Below, in pieces: positions 59,935 to 64,000 of a stretch of 64,000 nucleotides of DNA. The stretch is from IMG/VR virus record IMGVR_UViG_3300032282_001987; one strand, given 5' to 3'. This stretch comes from an uncultured virus (IMG/VR IMGVR_UViG_3300032282_001987) (lineage: Duplodnaviria > Heunggongvirae > Uroviricota > Caudoviricetes). The notes under the pieces are model-generated. The model saw only the letters and a program-made list of their open reading frames with translations, did not search any database and was not told where the DNA came from. The stretch's first letter is position 1. The number at the start of each line of letters is the position of its first letter. Position numbers and translations under genes: made by a program.

Positions 59935-60477
59935 ATGAGTAAACCACAAATGTCTCCATACAAAGATGCACTGACTGACGCTATGACATATCTCGGGCAA
60001 CAAGATAATACTGTGTTCATAGGGCAACAAGTCGCTTATCCCGGAAATCCCATGAGTTCGACATTAGTCAATGTAGCTAAAGATAAGTTGATCGAAGTCC
60101 CTGTCATGGAAGAGACACAGATGGGTATGAGTTTGGGTATGGCTATGACAGGTAAAACAGTCGTGACATTCTATCCTAGATGGAACTTCTTGATCTGTGC
60201 AACTAATCAACTCATAAATCACGTGGATACATATGAACTGATGACCGGCAAACAGGCTAATATATTGATCCGTGTGGGCAAAGGAGCTGACACTCCCCTA
60301 GATCCAGGACCCCAGCACAAAGCCAATTTCTTTTCAGAGTTCAAGTCTATGTGTCCCCATATCACTTTTCATGACCTTAAAGAATATGATAGAATCATAG
60401 ATACGTATAAAAAGGCTTTCGACATGGGCGGTGTCCATGTGTTAGCTGAATATCCAGAATTGTACTTCACATCATAG
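59935..60477 (+). CDS. ThDP-dependent enzyme, E1-beta / transketolase pyrimidine-binding subunit (short)
   Basis: LTDAM, VFIGQ, IEVPVMEETQMGMSLGMAMTG, F...A.NQLINH, GPQH. Confidence 0.85.
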   Translation: MSKPQMSPYKDALTDAMTYLGQQDNTVFIGQQVAYPGNPMSSTLVNVAKDKLIEVPVMEETQMGMSLGMAMTGKTVVTFYPRWNFLICATNQLINHVDTYELMTGKQANILIRVGKGADTPLDPGPQHKANFFSEFKSMCPHITFHDLKEYDRIIDTYKKAFDMGGVHVLAEYPELYFTS

Positions 60478-60482
60478 GCTAT

Positions 60483-60602
60483 ATGATCAACGAGTTATTA
60501 CAGAAACTTTATGAGCGAACCATATTTAAATTAGTTCGGGAATATAGATATCGTAAGCGCCTAAAAGAATTACGGAAACGAGATCCGTTCATATATAAGT
60601 GA
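60483..60602 (+). CDS. Small basic peptide, 39 aa, ending RDPFIYK (not in the ORF track)
   Basis: MINELLQKLYERTIFKLVREYRYRKRLKELRKRDPFIYK; fills the gap directly before the carbamoyltransferase. Confidence 0.7.
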   Translation: MINELLQKLYERTIFKLVREYRYRKRLKELRKRDPFIYK

Positions 60603-60604
60603 CT

Positions 60605-62089
60605 ATGCATTATATCGGACTCAGTTGCGGGTTTCACGATGCTAGCATGTCAGTCATAGATGACAGTGGTAACATACTATTTGCTGGTCATAGTGAACGC
60701 TACACCAAAAGAAAACATGACAAAGATTTGTCTCTGGCATTGATCCAAGACGGATTGTCTCATGTCAAGGGCGACTATCAGATACATTACTATGAGAAGC
60801 CATTATTGAAATATCTGCGCCAGCTACGTGCAGGGCAGAGACCTAGTATAATGTCTATGTTCATGTCTGACATGATAGAACCTAATATACGTCAGGCTCT
60901 TGGGTATCGAAGTATCAAAACGCATGGACATCATCTTAGTCATGCAGCGGCGGGATTCCAGACTAGCCCTTTTGATGAAGCCACTGTAGTCATAATAGAC
61001 GCTATGGGAGAATTCGATACCATAAGCATCTATGATGCACATTATGATGACAAGGGTATAGCTAGATATAATAGACTATGGAGCAAGAAATATCCTGATA
61101 GCATAGGATTATTCTACAGTGCCATGACGAAGCGTCTAGGACTACAACCATTAGATGAAGAATACATAATGATGGGCATGGCTGGTTACGGGGAACCTAA
61201 ACACTACGCCAAGATGCATTGTGATTTCATAAAAGACGGCATGGAGATAGACTTCGCACAGAATCTGCATACAGGCATAGATGATGATTATCTAGCAGGT
61301 GCAGATGACATGGATATCGCTAGCAGCGGTCAAGAATTATTAGAGCAGTTGGTCATGAACGTCATGCAACGTGCTAGGATGATAGGCAAGAGCCGCAATC
61401 TAGTATACGGTGGTGGTGTCGCATTGAACTGCCTAGCAAACAGACATTTGGGAGAGTACTTTGAGAAAATTTGGATCATGCCTAATCCAGGGGATGCTGG
61501 CAGCAGTTTGGGTGCCTGTGCTCTTGGTCACGGTCGTAGTCTTCGGTGGGATTCGCCTTATCTTGGATATGACATCAAAGGTAAATATCCCGTCAATCGT
61601 CTATTGGGTCATCTTCGCCGTGGCGATGTTGTGGGTGTCGCTAATGGTCGTAGTGAATTTGGACCTAGGGCCCTAGGTAATCGTAGCTTATTAGCAGATC
61701 CTAGGGGATCAGATATAAAGGATAGAGTCAATGAGATCAAACGCAGACAGAAATTCAGACCATTCGCTCCGGCGATATTATCTGAGATGGCTGATCATTA
61801 TTTTGATATGCCCCGTGGTTGGGTTGACAGCCCTTATATGCAGTCAGTCGCTAAGTGTAAGTATCCTAACGATTATCCTGCTATATGCCATGTTGATGGG
61901 ACCAGCAGAGTACAGACTGTATCGAAAGATTGTAGATCGGGACTGAGACAGTTATTAGAGAAGTGGTATATTTTAACAGGATGTCCTATGTTATTAAATA
62001 CTAGTCTAAACATTCGCGGCGAACCTATGGTCAATGACCATTTTGATGCCAAGAGGTTTCAAAATCTATATAATATAAAGGTGCTGTAA
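60605..62089 (+). CDS. O-carbamoyltransferase (NodU/CmcH/TobZ family)
   Basis: GFHDAS, ERYTKRKHD, HHLSHAA, DAMGE, MGMAGYG, GGVALNC, GDAGSSLG, EFGPRALGNRS, FRPFAP, HVDGTSRVQTV, LLNTSLN.RGEP. Confidence 0.95.
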   Translation: MHYIGLSCGFHDASMSVIDDSGNILFAGHSERYTKRKHDKDLSLALIQDGLSHVKGDYQIHYYEKPLLKYLRQLRAGQRPSIMSMFMSDMIEPNIRQALGYRSIKTHGHHLSHAAAGFQTSPFDEATVVIIDAMGEFDTISIYDAHYDDKGIARYNRLWSKKYPDSIGLFYSAMTKRLGLQPLDEEYIMMGMAGYGEPKHYAKMHCDFIKDGMEIDFAQNLHTGIDDDYLAGADDMDIASSGQELLEQLVMNVMQRARMIGKSRNLVYGGGVALNCLANRHLGEYFEKIWIMPNPGDAGSSLGACALGHGRSLRWDSPYLGYDIKGKYPVNRLLGHLRRGDVVGVANGRSEFGPRALGNRSLLADPRGSDIKDRVNEIKRRQKFRPFAPAILSEMADHYFDMPRGWVDSPYMQSVAKCKYPNDYPAICHVDGTSRVQTVSKDCRSGLRQLLEKWYILTGCPMLLNTSLNIRGEPMVNDHFDAKRFQNLYNIKVL

Positions 62090-64000
62090 TGGATATTTCT
62101 ACGGAAGAATTGGAAAAAAGAGTGGAATCTTGGAAACAAGGTTATTGGGAGATTCCTGACAACTTAGACACTACTGGTTTCGATTTTGATTGGAAACCTG
62201 CTCCTCAGGATAAACCCTACATACATCAATTCGGTACACAGTGGCAGAAGACAGGTGGACCTAGATTCGTGATACCAAATCATGAAGGTATCAAATATCA
62301 AAGTTTCCAACACGCGATCAGGAAACCAAATACTGACGATAGAAGCTGGAGACCTCTAGTAGCCGACGCCACTATAGATTTTAGCTGGCATCCTGATGAT
62401 ACTGATCCGCCACTCATATACGTATTTGGTAATCAATGGTACGATGCAGAGATCATGCCTACATATCAGTATCGTGTCACTGGCGCTACTGAGAAGAAAT
62501 ATGTGAACGTATTGAAGGCACAATTACAACCTAACAAAACTAATTGGGAGATACCTGAAGATATCGAGGATGACTTCGACTATAGCTGGGTACCTAACCC
62601 ACATGAACCGTTGTTTATCTGGCAGTTCGGTACACAGTGGCAGAAGACAGGTGGACCTAGATATATTCCTTCCGCGACATCAACTATCGTAAAATACATC
62701 GATGTTCAAAAAGCAATAAAAAAGAGTGATCCAGAAAAACGCAATTGGAGACCGCTAAAAGCAGGAATCGAATTCGACTGGTCATGGCACCCAGACCCTG
62801 ATGAACCTCCCTTCATATATGTGTTCGGTAATCAGTGGCATAGTGCTGAGAAGATGCCAACGCTACTGTATAGGGTAGAAGGAGCAACAGAAAAGAAATA
62901 CATCAATGATGTGTTTGCTATCTTACCACAACAAAAAGAAAATTTTAAAGCATTGATCGATTTAGATTTTGGCTTTGACTATAGCTGGTGTCCTGATCCC
63001 GGCGATCCTCCTTATACATACGTCTTTGGAAATCAGTGGTATACGGGTGAAGTCATGCCTACATTGATGTATGTGACAGAAAAATCTATCGCTACAAAAT
63101 ACATAGATGATGCATGGGCAGTATTATTTCCTAACAAAACTAAATGGGAGATACCTGACGATATCAAGGACGATTTTGATTATAGCTGGGTACCTAACCC
63201 ACATGAGCCTCCCTACATATATCAGTTCGGTACACAGTGGCAGAAGACAGGTGGACCTAAATATAAAACTGAGGGAGCGATAGATATAAAATTTGTAGAT
63301 ATCATCAAGGCAGCTAAACAGCCTAACATGCGTAACTGGAGGATCATCGAACCTATCATCGCCGATACTTTCGATTTTAGTTGGCATCCAGACGAGACAG
63401 ACGGAAATTATTCTTATGTGTTTGGTAATAAATTCCATACTCCGGAGATAATGCCTACGGTCATGTATAAAGGCAAGAGTGCTACAGATAACAAATATTC
63501 TGACGAGATGACCGCAGATATCAAGATAGAGACTATCGAATATACTGATAGCATCTTTGATAGATTTATGGAAGTAGATTTCGACTCTGCTTATGCTAGA
63601 TTCACTAACAACAATGCTCCAATGGATTTCAGCGTCCTCAAGCAGGATAAACTGAACGTGCATGTTTTCAACAACGAAGCTATCATACCTAGGGAAGCAA
63701 AAACTCACCTCTATGACAATATAATGGATTATCCATACATAGATCATCGGAATCAAGTCAATAATGCACGCCCATTAGATATAATCTTTTTGAGCAACGG
63801 CGAAGAGATAGCAGACGAGAATTACGAGCATCTATTGTCTATCACTAAGGACATACCTAATCGAGTGATACGTGTTGACGGGGTGAAAGGTCGTGTAGAT
63901 AGCCAGCATGCTGCTGCTAATGCTAGCGAGACAGCATGGTATTTCTTGGTCAACGGTAAACTGAGAGTCAACGAGAAGTTTGACTTCAGTTGGCAACCAA
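62089..64000 (+). CDS. Trp/Pro repeat protein with C-terminal glycosyltransferase-like domain (partial, runs off the right edge; not in the ORF track)
   Basis: TAATG overlap with the carbamoyltransferase; open frame MDISTEELEKRVESWKQGYWEIPD... with seven (F/I)D(F/Y/W)(S/D)WxP...FGxxW-type repeats, then LDIIFLSNGE...RVDGVKG. Confidence 0.8.
   Translation, partial: MDISTEELEKRVESWKQGYWEIPDNLDTTGFDFDWKPAPQDKPYIHQFGTQWQKTGGPRFVIPNHEGIKYQSFQHAIRKPNTDDRSWRPLVADATIDFSWHPDDTDPPLIYVFGNQWYDAEIMPTYQYRVTGATEKKYVNVLKAQLQPNKTNWEIPEDIEDDFDYSWVPNPHEPLFIWQFGTQWQKTGGPRYIPSATSTIVKYIDVQKAIKKSDPEKRNWRPLKAGIEFDWSWHPDPDEPPFIYVFGNQWHSAEKMPTLLYRVEGATEKKYINDVFAILPQQKENFKALIDLDFGFDYSWCPDPGDPPYTYVFGNQWYTGEVMPTLMYVTEKSIATKYIDDAWAVLFPNKTKWEIPDDIKDDFDYSWVPNPHEPPYIYQFGTQWQKTGGPKYKTEGAIDIKFVDIIKAAKQPNMRNWRIIEPIIADTFDFSWHPDETDGNYSYVFGNKFHTPEIMPTVMYKGKSATDNKYSDEMTADIKIETIEYTDSIFDRFMEVDFDSAYARFTNNNAPMDFSVLKQDKLNVHVFNNEAIIPREAKTHLYDNIMDYPYIDHRNQVNNARPLDIIFLSNGEEIADENYEHLLSITKDIPNRVIRVDGVKGRVDSQHAAANASETAWYFLVNGKLRVNEKFDFSWQP
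62146..63500 (+). repeat. Seven intragenic ~200-bp (~66-aa) repeats of two subtypes
   Basis: Identical 34-mer TTCGGTACACAGTGGCAGAAGACAGGTGGACCTA at 62230, 62626 and 63226; identical 26-mer TATAGCTGGGTACCTAACCCACATGA at 62581 and 63181. Confidence 0.9.

Noticed and set aside
53977..60477. Pyruvate dehydrogenase or transketolase as a central-carbon auxiliary metabolic gene
   Set aside because: Subunits are truncated, E2/E3 are absent from the window, and the context is entirely NDP-sugar enzymes.
62230..63259. Three identical 34-nt repeats as a possible CRISPR array or DGR template/variable repeat
   Set aside because: Spacing is 396 and 600 bp, all in frame within one protein; no adenine-specific mismatches, and no cas or reverse transcriptase gene in the window.
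1..64000. Stop-codon reassignment (alternative genetic code)
   Set aside because: Genes are full length in the standard code, including a 15.4-kb ORF, and TAA, TGA and TAG (59924) all end genes at sensible boundaries.
47428..64000. Bacterial LPS/capsule locus joined to the phage by misassembly or a prophage boundary
   Set aside because: Same strand and style as the structural genes, phage late-promoter boxes inside it, and no flippase, polymerase, integrase or att-like junction seen.

Overview
This window is 64 kb of a large T4-like (myovirus-type) dsDNA phage genome; the host cannot be determined from it. 1-10934 (- strand) holds a tape-measure-like gene with a lysozyme-like domain, then the T4-order head module (portal, small core protein, acidic core protein, prohead protease, scaffold, major capsid), then two related beta-rich fibre-like genes. 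11007-12058 (+) is a gp26-like hub/chaperone gene followed, in the -1 frame and across a T TTT TTC slippery site, by an uncalled gp51-like ORF. 12059-12552 is a ~490-nt ORF-free region packed with hairpins (candidate large ncRNA). 12553-16866 (-) encodes a Holliday-junction resolvase, gp46, gp47 and a gp55-type late sigma factor. 16991-47375 (+) is the baseplate/fibre module, including a 5140-aa multidomain protein. 47428-64000 (+) is a tightly packed glycan biosynthesis and decoration cluster: several glycosyltransferase-like paralogues, a radical SAM enzyme, RmlC, three SDR epimerase/reductases, split ThDP-dependent E1-alpha/beta-like subunits, a methyltransferase, a carbamoyltransferase and a Trp/Pro repeat protein. 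A recurring (G/T/C/A)ATAAATA-type late-promoter box and two sigma70-type promoters are visible, and several sit only 4-7 nt from the ATG. I saw no tRNA, rRNA, CRISPR array or IS element. All functional calls come from motif recognition and synteny by eye; no database search was run.
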